Assembly: GCA_963794945.1 (NCBI GenBank)
Contig: CAWCFT010000011.1
Location: 98,474 to 162,473, forward strand
Direction of reading: 5' to 3'
Length of the DNA stretch: 64,000 bases
From: Endomicrobiales bacterium
GTDB taxonomy: Bacteria > Elusimicrobiota > Endomicrobiia > Endomicrobiales > CAWCFT01
Below the pieces are notes generated by a model. It saw nothing but the letters and a program-made list of their open reading frames with translations, searched no databases and was not told the origin of the DNA. Of the stretch, positions 21,290-31,452 are shown one piece after another (positions within the stretch are counted from its first letter, which is position 1; every line of letters begins with the position of its first letter). Made by a program: the position numbers and the translations under genes.

Positions 21290-23329
21290 TCAAGCAAGCC
21301 TCAAGAATACCAGCAGCATATCGATAAGCTTTATACCTATGAAAGGCAGTATAAGACCTCCCACCCCATAGATAAGGAAATTCCTGACTAGCAGCGCCTG
21401 GGCAGTCGTCTGCCTGTACTGGACGCCTTTAAGCGAAAGCGGTATAAGCAGAGGAATTATAATCGCGTTAAATATCACCGCAGCAAGCACCGCGCTTTGA
21501 GGGTTCGCCAGATGCATGACGTTTAAAATACCCAGCATCGGGTAAGTCGCCGCGAATACCGCAGGTATTATGGCGAAATATTTGGCGACGTCGTTGGTTA
21601 CGCTAAATGTCGTGATAGACCCTCTCGTGATGAGTATTTGTTTACCTATCTCGACTATATCCAAAAGCTTAGTCGGGTTGGAATCAAGGTCTATCATGTT
21701 CGCGGCTTCGCGCGCGGCCTGAGTACCCGCGTTCATGGCAACTGCCACGTCCGCTTGTGCCAGCGCGGGGGCGTCGTTCGTACCGTCGCCTATCATCGCA
21801 ACAAGGTTGCCTCTCGACTGCAATTCCCTTATGCTGTTAAGCTTAGTTTCCGGTTTGGCAGGCGCGATAAAGTCGCTCACCCCTGCTTCCGCGGCTATGA
21901 CGACCGCTGTAAGCGGGTTGTCACCTGTTATCATGATGGATTCTATCCCCATCATCTGGAGCTGTGCCAGACGCTCTTTGATGCCGGTCTTAAGGACGTC
22001 TTTGAGCCTTATGACACCCAAGACTTTTCCATTCTCGCAGACGACAAGCGGCGTGCCGCCGTCGCCCGACACATCGTTTGCCAGCCTCTCGGCATCATCC
22101 GATATAATACAACTGCTGGATTTAACGTATCCTGCGATAGCGTCAAAAGAACCCTTGCGTATTTTTTGCCCTTCCATATCTATACCGCTCATGCGCGTCT
22201 GCGCGCTGAACTCTATAAACGTCGAACCTTCAGGCGCCCTTATGTCGCGGCCTCTCACCTTCAGCCTGTCCTTGGCAAGAACGACAATACTCCTGCCTTC
22301 CGGCGTATCGTCCGCGAGCGATGAAAGCATAGCGGCTTTAGCAAGCTCATCTTCAGTGACACCCGAAACAGGCAAAAATTCAGTGGCCATCCTGTTGCCG
22401 AGAGTTATTGTTCCGGTCTTATCAAGGAGTACAACGTTGACATCGCCTGCGGCTTCCACAGCCCTGCCGCTGAGAGCAATAACGTTGTTGGTCAAAAGCC
22501 TGTCCATACCCGCTATTCCTATAGCCGGCAGAAGTGCGCCTATCGTAGTCGGCATCAGGCACACAAGCAGTGAAATAAGTATCGGTATAGATACCGGCAC
22601 GCTCATGTATCCGGCGAAGTATTTTAATGTTACGCAGACCACAAGGAACAATACCGTCATCGCTATGAGCAGTATCTCAAGCGCTTTTTCGTTCGGTGTT
22701 TTCTGGCGCTTCGCGCTTTCCACCATGCCTATCATCCGGTCTAAAAATGTTTCACCGGGGTTCGCTGTTATCTTGACCTTAAGGTTACCCGACAAAACCT
22801 TTGTGCCTCCGGTCACTGCGCTCTTGTCTCCGCCCGATTCCCTGACTACAGGCGCGGATTCTCCGGTTATCGGCGATTCGTCCACAAGGGCCACACCTTC
22901 GATTATCTCACCGTCAACAGGTATCATCTCGTTATCTTTTACTATGACGACATCTTCCTTGCGCAGCGCATCCGAAGACACGCTCTCTATTGTGCCGTCA
23001 GCAAGTAATTTATTGGCGGACGTCTCGCTCCTCGCTTTCTTTAGAGCTTCAGCCTGGGCTTTCCCTTTTCCTTCCGCTAGCGCTGTCGCGAAGTTTGAGA
23101 ACAGCACAGTAAACCAAAGCCAGAGGCTTATATGAAGGTCGAAACCAAAGCTTCTGCCCTGCAAAATATTTCTTACCGCAATATAAGATACCACCGCTGA
23201 CCCGAACTCTACAACCAGCATGACCGGATTGCGTACAAGAGTCATCGGGTTAAGCATTATAAATGACTCTTTTACAGCTTTTATAATGAACTTAGCCTGC
23301 CATATGCTTTTATTAGGTTTGTTTTCCAT
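21290..23329 (-). CDS. kdpB: K+-transporting ATPase subunit B
   Basis: [34 protein letters not shown]. Confidence 0.97.
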   Translation of the reverse strand: MENKPNKSIWQAKFIIKAVKESFIMLNPMTLVRNPVMLVVEFGSAVVSYIAVRNILQGRSFGFDLHISLWLWFTVLFSNFATALAEGKGKAQAEALKKARSETSANKLLADGTIESVSSDALRKEDVVIVKDNEMIPVDGEIIEGVALVDESPITGESAPVVRESGGDKSAVTGGTKVLSGNLKVKITANPGETFLDRMIGMVESAKRQKTPNEKALEILLIAMTVLFLVVCVTLKYFAGYMSVPVSIPILISLLVCLMPTTIGALLPAIGIAGMDRLLTNNVIALSGRAVEAAGDVNVVLLDKTGTITLGNRMATEFLPVSGVTEDELAKAAMLSSLADDTPEGRSIVVLAKDRLKVRGRDIRAPEGSTFIEFSAQTRMSGIDMEGQKIRKGSFDAIAGYVKSSSCIISDDAERLANDVSGDGGTPLVVCENGKVLGVIRLKDVLKTGIKERLAQLQMMGIESIMITGDNPLTAVVIAAEAGVSDFIAPAKPETKLNSIRELQSRGNLVAMIGDGTNDAPALAQADVAVAMNAGTQAAREAANMIDLDSNPTKLLDIVEIGKQILITRGSITTFSVTNDVAKYFAIIPAVFAATYPMLGILNVMHLANPQSAVLAAVIFNAIIIPLLIPLSLKGVQYRQTTAQALLVRNFLIYGVGGLILPFIGIKLIDMLLVFLRLA

Positions 23330-25033
23330 TAGAATGTCCTCCCGGCTTGTATAAACAAATGCTCAAGCAGCGGCCCTAGCGCAAGCGGCGGAAAAAATGA
23401 TAAAGCGCCAACTATTATAACCACACTCACGAGCATTATAACAAAAAGCGGGCTCGCGGTAGGGAATTTTACGCTTTTAGGCACCATCTTTTTTTGCACC
23501 AGCATTCCCGCTATAGCAAGCGAAGGGACAATGACGAAATACCGCCCCACTATCATAGCGCAACACCCCGCAAGGTTGTAGAAAGGCGTGTTGCCGTTCA
23601 GGCCGGCGAAGGCCGAACCGTTGTTTCCCGCCATGGAAACAAAAGCGTACATTATTTCAGAAAATCCGTGAGGCCCCGCATTGTTCAAGCTTGAAAGTCC
23701 GAAATCGTGCGAAACCCCAATAGCCGTGAACGTAAGCTGAATTACGGTAGAAGAGAGCAGAACGATAACAGCCATTATCATCTCGTTCGGTTCGAGTTTT
23801 TTGCCGAATATCTCGGGTGTTCTGCCTATCATGAGGCCCACAAGGAACATGGTTATTATCGCGTAAATTATCATACTGATAAGCCCAGTGCCCACCCCGC
23901 CGAATATCACCTCTCCAATTGCTATGTTAAATATTGCTATCATTCCGGTAAGAGGCATAAGGCTATCGTGCATGCAGTTAACAGCTCCGCATGAAGTTAC
24001 AGTGGTGGACTGCGCGAAAACCACCGACGCAAGCTGGCCAAACCTTACCTCTTTGCCTTCCATGTTCCAACCGCCTATAATACCCAGCTTCGAAAGCAAT
24101 GGATTGCCGTGGAACTCAGACCACATCATAGTGCCAAGACCCATTAGATAAAGTATCATCATGGATATATAAATTATCCAGCCCTGTTTTCGCGAGCCTG
24201 TCATCTTTCCGAAAGCGAACGGCGAAGCCGCCGCTATAATAAGAAGTCCCAATATCTCAAGGTAGTCTGTCATAGGTGTCGGGTTCTCGTACGGGTGAGC
24301 CGAGTTCGCATTAAAGAAACCGCCGCCATTGGTCCCTACCATCTTAATGGCTACCTGCGAAGCTGCCTGGCCCCATCGGCAGAACCTGTTCTGTGCCTTG
24401 TAATGTCTTTGCTTTCACGTAAGAATGGAAATTCTGTATCACTCCCTGGCTGACAAGAACCAAAGCGAACACTATAGATAAAGGAAGCAGTATATGAACG
24501 GTTGAACGGGTCAGGTCAGCCCAGAAATTACCTATATTAGTTACGTTTTGGCGGACGAACGCCCTCATGAAAGCTATCATTGCCGCGAGTCCAACTGCCG
24601 CAGACATAAAATTCTGCACAGTTAACCCCATCATCTGGGTGAGATAGCTCATGGTGCTTTCCGGAGTATAATTTTGCCAGTTAGTGTTCGTAACGAACGA
24701 TACCGCGGTGTTGAGTGCCAAGTCCCATTTCACAGGCCCGAACTTCTGTGGATTGAGCGGAAGTAACTGCTGAACCTCTTGTATTAAAAAGAGAGCCGCT
24801 ATGGCTATCGCGTTAAATATAAGAAGGTCCACCGCGTATGTTTTCCAGTCCATCTCTTCATCCGCGTTGACCCCGAACAATTTGTAAAGCCCTTTTTCAA
24901 TGGGCGCCAGCACCGGCGATAGAAAAGTCCTGTTGCCGGAGAACACGTTTGCCATGTATTCGCCAAGCACAACAGCCGCCGCTGTCAAAACTGATAAAAA
25001 TATTGCAAGTTGAAACATCCATCCGTTAACCAT
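23329..25033 (-). CDS. kdpA: K+-transporting ATPase subunit A; frameshift near 24368
   Basis: [27 protein letters not shown] selectivity loops. Removing one G gives [18 protein letters not shown]. Confidence 0.95.
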
Positions 25034-25072
25034 ATTATTGACCTCCATTTACACAAACTCATTTGCTACTGC

Positions 25073-25163
25073 TGTCATTTCGACCTGCCGAAGAGGCAGA
25101 GAGAAATCTTCCATCAAACAAGACCAAGATCTCTCATCCGCCCCTGGCGGATTCGAGATGACA
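25073..25163. repeat. GTCAT-type palindromic REP/MITE element in the kdpA 5' UTR
   Basis: TGTCATTTCGA...GAGAAATCTT...AAGATCTCTC...TCGAGATGACA with internal hairpins; related element at 61969-62065. Confidence 0.75.
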
Positions 25164-25184
25164 TTCATTAAGACCGTGGCAAAT

Positions 25185-25211
25185 AAAAAACCGAAGAACA
25201 AGTTCTCCGGC
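25185..25211 (-). terminator. Intrinsic terminator (riboswitch expression platform)
   Basis: Minus strand GCCGGAGAAC-TT-GTTCTTCGGT followed by a T run. Confidence 0.8.
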
Positions 25212-25227
25212 ATTGTTCTCTCAACTT

Positions 25228-25378
25228 ATATGCTTACGGGGTTAGCTGTCGGGCTCGGGATGAGAATTCCCTTCCGCCTAAAGCGGATTCGCCCCCAGGC
25301 TCTTCGTTGAGCCGTTTTTGGGTTCCCCGTCTTTTCCACCGAGATCAACCGGCAGACTAAGACTAGTTCAGCATTTTC
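25228..25378 (-). ncRNA. c-di-AMP (ydaO/yuaA) riboswitch
   Basis: Minus strand GCTGAA...GACGGGGAACCC...TGGGGGCGAATCC...GGAAGGG...CCCGAGCCCGACAGCTAACCCCGTAAGC matches the ydaO consensus as I recall it; upstream of kdpA and followed by a terminator. Confidence 0.9.
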
Positions 25379-25394
25379 TTATGTTTACAGGATT

Positions 25395-25449
25395 ATCTTA
25401 TCACAAAGCTAAAAACAAGGCAAGTCAATTTTTCGTCAATTTTTGACGC
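25395..25449 (-). promoter_or_regulatory. kdp promoter with an upstream 11-bp-period direct repeat (candidate KdpE site)
   Basis: TTGCCT-17bp-TAAGAT with TGn; directly upstream AAAAATTGACG AAAAATTGACT. Confidence 0.55.
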
Positions 25450-25467
25450 AATGGATGTGAACGTATT

Positions 25468-26170
25468 TTAGATTTCCGTGCATAACCTATACCCAACAGC
25501 GGGTTCGGTGAGAATATAGGCTGGCCTATTGGGGTTGGGTTCTATTTTGTTTCGCAGGTTGCTTATGGTTACCCTGAGGAGATGCTCGGCGCCTTCGACG
25601 CTTTCGGTTTTGTCCCAGATCTCTTTTAATATCTGGGCCTGTGTCACGATGCCGCCGGCGTTTTGGACAAGTATCTTTAGTACGCTGTATTCTGTTTTTG
25701 TGAGGTGAACCTCGCTGCCTTTTACTTCCACAATGTGTTTCGCTATATCCAGCGACAGGTTTTTTACTTTGAACACACTGCTTTTGGTTTGGGGCATCAG
25801 CCTTCTCATGACCGCCCTTATGCGCGCGAGCATCTCGCCCGCCTCAAAAGGTTTTGTAAGGTAGTCGTCCGCGCCGGCGTCAAGAGCAGCGATCTTGTCC
25901 GACTCGTCTTCCCTGACTGATAGAATTATGATCGGAACGTTAGACCTTTTACGGATATGCCTGGTTACTTCTGTGCCGTCCATGTCGGGCAAGCCGAGGT
26001 CAAGAATAATAGTGTCCGGCTGAAAGGAAACCGCGTTCTCCAGGGCTTCCTTGCCGTTGACCGCTTCTGATACACTGTAATCGTGAGAGACCAGAGCCGC
26101 CTTGAGGAAGCGTTCTGACTGTTTTTTCGTCGTCAACAATAAGTATTCGCGGTTGAGCTTTGTCGGCCAT
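25468..26170 (-). CDS. kdpE: KdpE response regulator (OmpR family); frameshift near 26113
   Basis: True start MADKAQPRILIVDDE; ILDLGLPDMDG, ALDAGADDYLTKPF, HLTKTEY, LRNKIEPNPNRPAYILTEPAVGYR. Confidence 0.9.
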
Positions 26171-26181
26171 TGTAAACCTTT

Positions 26182-26254
26182 ATTACAAATTACATATTCC
26201 AGATTACAGATTAAATTCAACTAAGTATTTTGGTGTCAATTTGTAATCTGTAAT
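26182..26254. repeat. TTACAAA-type heptamer inverted-repeat element, copy B
   Basis: TTACAAA TTACATA TTCCAGA TTACAGA ... GTGTCAATTTGTAATCTGTAAT. Confidence 0.8.
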
Positions 26255-26285
26255 GCTTTTAAGCTGACAGTAATCTTTAATGCCC

Positions 26286-27776
26286 TTACTTTAACGGCAA
26301 TAGAACCGTAAATGTCGCACCGTTGTCAGCGTTGTTCTCGGCCCAAATCTTTCCGCCATGGACCTCAACAATGCCTTTGCAGATGGAAAGGCCGAGGCCG
26401 GTTCCCGTAATTTGCCTTGGTTTTACGGCTCTGTAGAACTTATTAAAAATGCGGGCAAGGTCTTCCGCCGGAACTCCAAAACCGCGGTCCTCAACTTCGA
26501 TCCGCACTTCATTTCCCAAAAGAGAGGCCGTTATCTTTATCGGTGTTCCCTGCGCGGAATACTTGGCGGCATTGTCCAGCAGGTTAACGAACACCCTCAT
26601 CATCAGCGTGAAGTCCATCGGCACCTCTTGCAGATCTTCGGGTATATTTATCTGTATGTCCCTGCCTTCTAGCTTGTCTTTCAGGGGCTGCAGTGACGCG
26701 CCTATGACATCCCTCAGGTCGCAGGGCTTAAGGTGTATCTTCAAAGTGCCGGACTCTACCCTGGTCATATCCAGAAGGTTGCCAACGAGCCTGTTTAAAT
26801 GATCCGATTCTTCGTAAGCGGTTTCCAAAAGCTCCTTGCGGGTTTCGGCGTCCACCGAAGACGAATCGTGAAGGAGGCTGCTCAGCGCCCCTTTTATAGA
26901 AACGAGCGGCGTTCTCAGGTCGTGCGAGATGGAATTTAATAGCGCGGTTTGCAGTTTCTCCGTGGCTTTGACGATCTCCATCTGGCGCGAAGTTTCAGCA
27001 AGCCTTACCCGCTGGATAGCGACGGCCGCCTGGTTTGCCAGCGCGTTTAGCAGGTCATTTTCTTCATTATCAAGTTTTATTTTATCTTCCTTAAATAGTA
27101 TGCCGAGAACTCCGAATATATCCCGCGCCGTTCTAAGCGGAAGGTAATGAGCTTTTACAGCCTGCAGGCTGTCCGTTCCCCACCCGGCCGGCTTGCCGGA
27201 AGTAAATACCCAGTCAACGATAGCCTTTTCGTGTTCATCAATAGGGAAATCGATGTCAAAACTTTCGGGGGCCATCTTTTCTCCCGCAGGAAGCAATACC
27301 GCTACCCTGCAATTGAATATCTCGCCGATGTTGGCCCGTATGGCGCGCATAACGGCATCGGAAGAATCGGACGCCGCTAGGTCACTGCTCAACCTGTAAA
27401 GAATAGCGGTCCGGGTTTCCTTCTTGCCGGCCTCGATAGTTTGCTGCCTTGTTTTGGACATAAGTCCGCTTATTATCAAGCCCACTACAAGAAGGCCCGC
27501 GAACGTGAAAATGTATTGGATATCGCTGACGACGAACGTAAGATACGGTGGAACGAGGAAATAGTCGAACGCGAGGACGCTCAGAATCGAAGTCATCACC
27601 GCCGGGCCTTTCCCCCACAGGACCGCGGATAAAATAACTATCATCAAGTACAAAATTACGATATTCGCCTGCACCAGCGCTTTCCCGGTTACACTGCCCA
27701 GAAAAGTCGCGGCCACAACAAGGATGATGCTTGTTAAATATTGAAATACCTTGTCTTGATTGATGCTTGAATTCAT
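26286..27776 (-). CDS. kdpD: KdpD-type histidine kinase lacking the N-terminal sensor (DUF4118, GAF, HisKA, HATPase)
   Basis: FDYFLVPPYLTF, GAF, ALLNSISHDLRTPL, NLLDNAAKY, GTGLGLSIC; starts directly at the TM region. Confidence 0.88.
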   Translation of the reverse strand: MNSSINQDKVFQYLTSIILVVAATFLGSVTGKALVQANIVILYLMIVILSAVLWGKGPAVMTSILSVLAFDYFLVPPYLTFVVSDIQYIFTFAGLLVVGLIISGLMSKTRQQTIEAGKKETRTAILYRLSSDLAASDSSDAVMRAIRANIGEIFNCRVAVLLPAGEKMAPESFDIDFPIDEHEKAIVDWVFTSGKPAGWGTDSLQAVKAHYLPLRTARDIFGVLGILFKEDKIKLDNEENDLLNALANQAAVAIQRVRLAETSRQMEIVKATEKLQTALLNSISHDLRTPLVSIKGALSSLLHDSSSVDAETRKELLETAYEESDHLNRLVGNLLDMTRVESGTLKIHLKPCDLRDVIGASLQPLKDKLEGRDIQINIPEDLQEVPMDFTLMMRVFVNLLDNAAKYSAQGTPIKITASLLGNEVRIEVEDRGFGVPAEDLARIFNKFYRAVKPRQITGTGLGLSICKGIVEVHGGKIWAENNADNGATFTVLLPLK

Positions 27777-27902
27777 AATTCCTGATTTCTACTTAAAAGT
27801 TGAAAACCACACCACGCGTGCGCGCGATGCGGCCGACAGATCGTCAAACCTTTAACAAAGGGATTCTATCTCTTTTTGACTTGTTTTTCAAGGAAGAATG
27901 GA

Positions 27903-29195
27903 CTACAACGATTCAGTGACTTCTTCAGAAACTTCTATGCCTTTTTCAACCTCAAGAGTAATCTCTTTCTCAAGCGGGCGTTTTATATCTTTTGCCAGTA
28001 AAATATCCTTTGAGAAAACAAAAGCGCCCAGTATACAGAATGTCCCTCCGATCATCAGCGTGTGCGGCGTGCCCATATAGCCCGCGAGACAGCCCGCGAC
28101 CAGAGCACCGAAAGGCGCCATACCCATAAAAGCCATGGCGTACAGAGCCATTATGCGGCCCTTTTTATCATCGTCAACAAGAACCTGAAGCACCGTATTG
28201 CTTGAAGCCCCCTGCACCATCATCCCGCAGCCGGTAAAGGCAAGCATAAGCAAAGCAAGCCATAGAGACCTTGTAAACGAGACGGCAATCAAACCCGCCC
28301 CGAACAAAGCCGCCGAAGCCGGTATCATCCTGCTTATGTTGTAACTGTTTTTCCTTGAAGCGAGGAACAGCGCCCCGCACAGAGCCCCGAAACCGGCCGC
28401 GCCCATAAGGAACCCAAGCGTGCGCGGCCCGCCCCCAAGTACCTGTTTTGCAAAAACCGGCATCAATACCATGTATGACATGCCGAAAAGGCTCACCAGC
28501 GCGAGCAGAAGCAAAATCGAGCGCATCGGAGCGGAATTTGAAACGTAAACGAACCCTTCTTTAAAATCGTGCAGGACACGGGTATTCCTTATCGTCTTAA
28601 CCTTCAGTGGTATCTTCATCGTAAGCAGGGCTACTATAATAACCAGATAACTCGCGCTGTTGATGAAAAAACATACACCCTCACCGAAAGAAGCGATCAA
28701 TATACCCGTGATAGAAGGGCCTAATAGCCTCGCGCCGTTAACCATGGAGGAGTTGAGCGCTATCGCGTTGCCGAGGTCTTCTTTGTCCTCTATCATATCA
28801 ACCACAAAAGACTGCCGTGCAGTGATATCGAAAGCGTTGAGAATGCCGAGCACGATATTAAGGGCTATTATCCAGGCAACCGTTATCTTTCCGGTTACGA
28901 CTAGTATTGCCAGAAGCAACGCCTGCGCCATGGCGAGCACCTGGGTTGCGAAAAAAATAGTTTTTTTGTTCCATCTATCGGCCGCCACCCCGCCAAGCGG
29001 CGAAAGCATAAAAGTGGGTATCTGGCTGACGAAGCCCACCACGCCGAGCATGACCGCAGATCCCGTAAGCCGGTAGACGAGCCAGCTTGTGGCAATGCGC
29101 TGCATCCATGTGCCGATCAGAGACGTTCCCTGCCCGAGAAAGAACAACCTGTAATTCGGATATTTTAGCGCCCTGAACGTTGACTTAAGTGACAT
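27903..29195 (-). CDS. MFS transporter (MFS_3/DUF894-like)
   Basis: FRALKYPNYRLFF, GTWMQ, GGVAADRWNKK; about 12 TM segments. Confidence 0.9.
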   Translation of the reverse strand: MSLKSTFRALKYPNYRLFFLGQGTSLIGTWMQRIATSWLVYRLTGSAVMLGVVGFVSQIPTFMLSPLGGVAADRWNKKTIFFATQVLAMAQALLLAILVVTGKITVAWIIALNIVLGILNAFDITARQSFVVDMIEDKEDLGNAIALNSSMVNGARLLGPSITGILIASFGEGVCFFINSASYLVIIVALLTMKIPLKVKTIRNTRVLHDFKEGFVYVSNSAPMRSILLLLALVSLFGMSYMVLMPVFAKQVLGGGPRTLGFLMGAAGFGALCGALFLASRKNSYNISRMIPASAALFGAGLIAVSFTRSLWLALLMLAFTGCGMMVQGASSNTVLQVLVDDDKKGRIMALYAMAFMGMAPFGALVAGCLAGYMGTPHTLMIGGTFCILGAFVFSKDILLAKDIKRPLEKEITLEVEKGIEVSEEVTESL

Positions 29196-29205
29196 AACAA
29201 CCTTT

Positions 29206-29883
29206 CTATCTTGATTTTAAATAATCTTCCATTAAAAACGGTTTTCCGTGGCCGGGATACACAGTTTTGATATTGAGTTTCATAATTTTATCGAGGCTTT
29301 CTTTAAGTTGAGTGAGATTTTCTACTATCTGGGCATCCTCCGCCTTTTTGCGGTTAACGAACGTATCACCCACGATAAGATCGCCTTCGGCGGTGAAAAT
29401 TCCGATCGAACCCGGTGTGTGGCCCGGTATATGGATGACTTTCGCCGCAAGGCCGTATTCTTCAAGGCTCTGCCCGTCCGAAAGCAGTATGTCGGGCTTG
29501 AATTTCGGGATGGCCGGGCTCTTCTGGAATTTTCTCTTTAACATCCTGAAAGTGAAAAACAGTTTATAAATCAGGCCGCGCACCTTGCGTTTAAGCAAGA
29601 CCCCTCTTTCCACCTGCGGAACGTCGCCCGCGTTCATGGCGGACTTAACATTGTATTTTTCGCAGAGCTTCGTGATGTTGCCCGTATGGTCCCAGTCACC
29701 GTGAGTCAATATCACTAGCTTGAGCTTACCCGGCAGGCAACCGGCGGAGACAAGTTCCTTTTCCAGCGCTCCCCACTGGTAGGGCATTCCGGTGTCGATA
29801 AGCACATACCCGTCACCAGCCTTGAGCAAATACGCGTTTACGAAATCCAGACCGATTACTTTAACATTATCGTTCATGTTCAT
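29206..29883 (-). CDS. Metallo-beta-lactamase fold hydrolase
   Basis: LIDTG, THGDWDH, PGHTPGS, GD, YPGHG. Confidence 0.9.
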   Translation of the reverse strand: MNMNDNVKVIGLDFVNAYLLKAGDGYVLIDTGMPYQWGALEKELVSAGCLPGKLKLVILTHGDWDHTGNITKLCEKYNVKSAMNAGDVPQVERGVLLKRKVRGLIYKLFFTFRMLKRKFQKSPAIPKFKPDILLSDGQSLEEYGLAAKVIHIPGHTPGSIGIFTAEGDLIVGDTFVNRKKAEDAQIVENLTQLKESLDKIMKLNIKTVYPGHGKPFLMEDYLKSR

Positions 29884-29976
29884 TAACCTCCTGCCAAAAA
29901 TAGCATGACGGAGACAATTGGCAGCCTATAGACTGTTGTCGATGGGAATATTGTAGGGATCAGAACTGCCAGTCAC

Positions 29977-30849
29977 TTAATAAATGACTTTGTTTAGCGG
30001 ATACTCAATTATACCTTCCGCTCCGGCGCGTTTGAGGGCGGGAATGATCTTTTTGACGATCTTCTCTTCCATTATTACTTCAAGCGCTACCCAGCCCTGC
30101 ACGTCAAGTTTAGAGACCGTAGGCCTCTTAAGGGCAGGAAGGATGCTCTTTATTTCTGTGAGGTTTTTCTCGGCCACGTTCATCTTCAGCCCTACCATCC
30201 CCTCAGCGGCAAGCGCGCCTTTGAGAAGTATCGCAAGGTTCTCTATCTTCTGCCTTTTCCAGGGGTCGTTCCACGCTTTATTATTGGCTATAAATCGCGT
30301 AGTAGAGGTGAGCACCTCTTCCACAATCCTGAGGTTGTTCGCCCTGAGCGACGAGCCGGTCTCTGTAAGCTCAACTATTGCATCAACGAGCGTCGGCGCT
30401 TTCGCCTCTGTAGCTCCCCACGAGAACTCAACCTCCGCTTTAACTTTATTTTTAGCGAGGTATTTCTTAACGTAGTTAATCAGCTCTGTCGCGACCCTTT
30501 TGCCTTTAAGGTCTTTAACGGAATTTATCTTGGATCCGTTAGGCACTGCAAGCACCCAGCGCACCGGGCGGAAACCTGATTTCGCATATATAAGCTCGCA
30601 GACTTCCTTGACCTGCGCCCCGCTTTCGCATATCCAGTCAAAACCCGTAAGGCCCGCGTCAAACACGCCGTCCTGCACATACCTCGCCATTTCCTGGGAG
30701 CGGACCATCATGATCTCGAGCTCTTCATCGTCGCAGTTAGGGAAGTAGGAGCGCTCGGACGTATATATCCTGACGCCGGCTTTTTTGAAAAGCTCCTGTG
30801 TCGACTCCTGAAGGCTGCCCTTTGGAAAACCGAGTTTTAATTTTTTCAT
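29977..30849 (-). CDS. hisG: ATP phosphoribosyltransferase (long form)
   Basis: [26 protein letters not shown]-terminal regulatory domain. Confidence 0.95.
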   Translation of the reverse strand: MKKLKLGFPKGSLQESTQELFKKAGVRIYTSERSYFPNCDDEELEIMMVRSQEMARYVQDGVFDAGLTGFDWICESGAQVKEVCELIYAKSGFRPVRWVLAVPNGSKINSVKDLKGKRVATELINYVKKYLAKNKVKAEVEFSWGATEAKAPTLVDAIVELTETGSSLRANNLRIVEEVLTSTTRFIANNKAWNDPWKRQKIENLAILLKGALAAEGMVGLKMNVAEKNLTEIKSILPALKRPTVSKLDVQGWVALEVIMEEKIVKKIIPALKRAGAEGIIEYPLNKVIY

Positions 30850-31376
30850 TTTGTTGTCACCTCTGTTATTTTTTTCTTCAAGCGCGGCAATGAGACCTTG
30901 AATTTTTTAGGGAATTTCGGGAGCTTGATAGATTCCGTAACCTTCTCAAGCCTTAACTCCGCCTGAGGGAAAAATTTTTCAAGGTACGGAACCGCGTGTG
31001 AACCAGTATAAGAAGTTAGCACGACCTTGTGGCTGTTTTCCGAAAGCTTCGGCGGAAAAGAAAGCACAATGAATATCGAGACCGAGACTCCGAGAAAAAT
31101 ACCCAGCAGGCCCCCGATAACCCTGTCGAAAGCGCCAAGGAATACTGCCCTTAGCAGACGCCGTATGAAGAGCCCCACCAGTATCACTATACCGGCGGCC
31201 GCGAAAAACAGCAGATAGAAGTTCGTATCGAACTTATCGGAAAATTCCTGTGCAGCCCATATACCGACAAAACCGCTGAGGATATAGAAAAGGCTCGCGA
31301 GAATACCTGTTTGAAAACCGAGATATCCGCAGCACACAATTAGTCCGATGACGATGAAGTCGAAATAGTTGAACAT
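30846..31376 (-). CDS. CvpA family protein
   Basis: FNYFDFIVI...GFQTG and DRVIGGLLG motifs; 4 TM segments. Confidence 0.8.
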   Translation of the reverse strand: MFNYFDFIVIGLIVCCGYLGFQTGILASLFYILSGFVGIWAAQEFSDKFDTNFYLLFFAAAGIVILVGLFIRRLLRAVFLGAFDRVIGGLLGIFLGVSVSIFIVLSFPPKLSENSHKVVLTSYTGSHAVPYLEKFFPQAELRLEKVTESIKLPKFPKKFKVSLPRLKKKITEVTTK

Positions 31377-31379
31377 TTT

Positions 31380-31451
31380 TTAGCCTTAAGCTATAAGCTT
31401 TAAGCCGTAAGAAAAGTCTTTTCTTATAGCTTATTACTTACAGCTTATATC
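31380..31451. repeat. TAAGC-type heptamer inverted-repeat element
   Basis: TAAGCTA TAAGCTT TAAGCCG TAAGAAA ... CTTATAG CTTATTA CTTACAG CTTATAT. Confidence 0.75.
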
Positions 31452-31452
31452 T

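Noticed and set aside
21735..23135. 466-aa plus-strand ORF and other long antisense ORFs
   Set aside because: Shadow frames of kdpB and other well-supported genes; no recognisable motifs.
25038..25310. 90-aa plus-strand ORF upstream of kdpA
   Set aside because: It overlaps the riboswitch, terminator and palindromic element and has no protein features.
16367..27776. Split KdpD as another frameshift artefact
   Set aside because: The halves are about 8 kb apart, in reversed order, and each has its own TM+GAF region.
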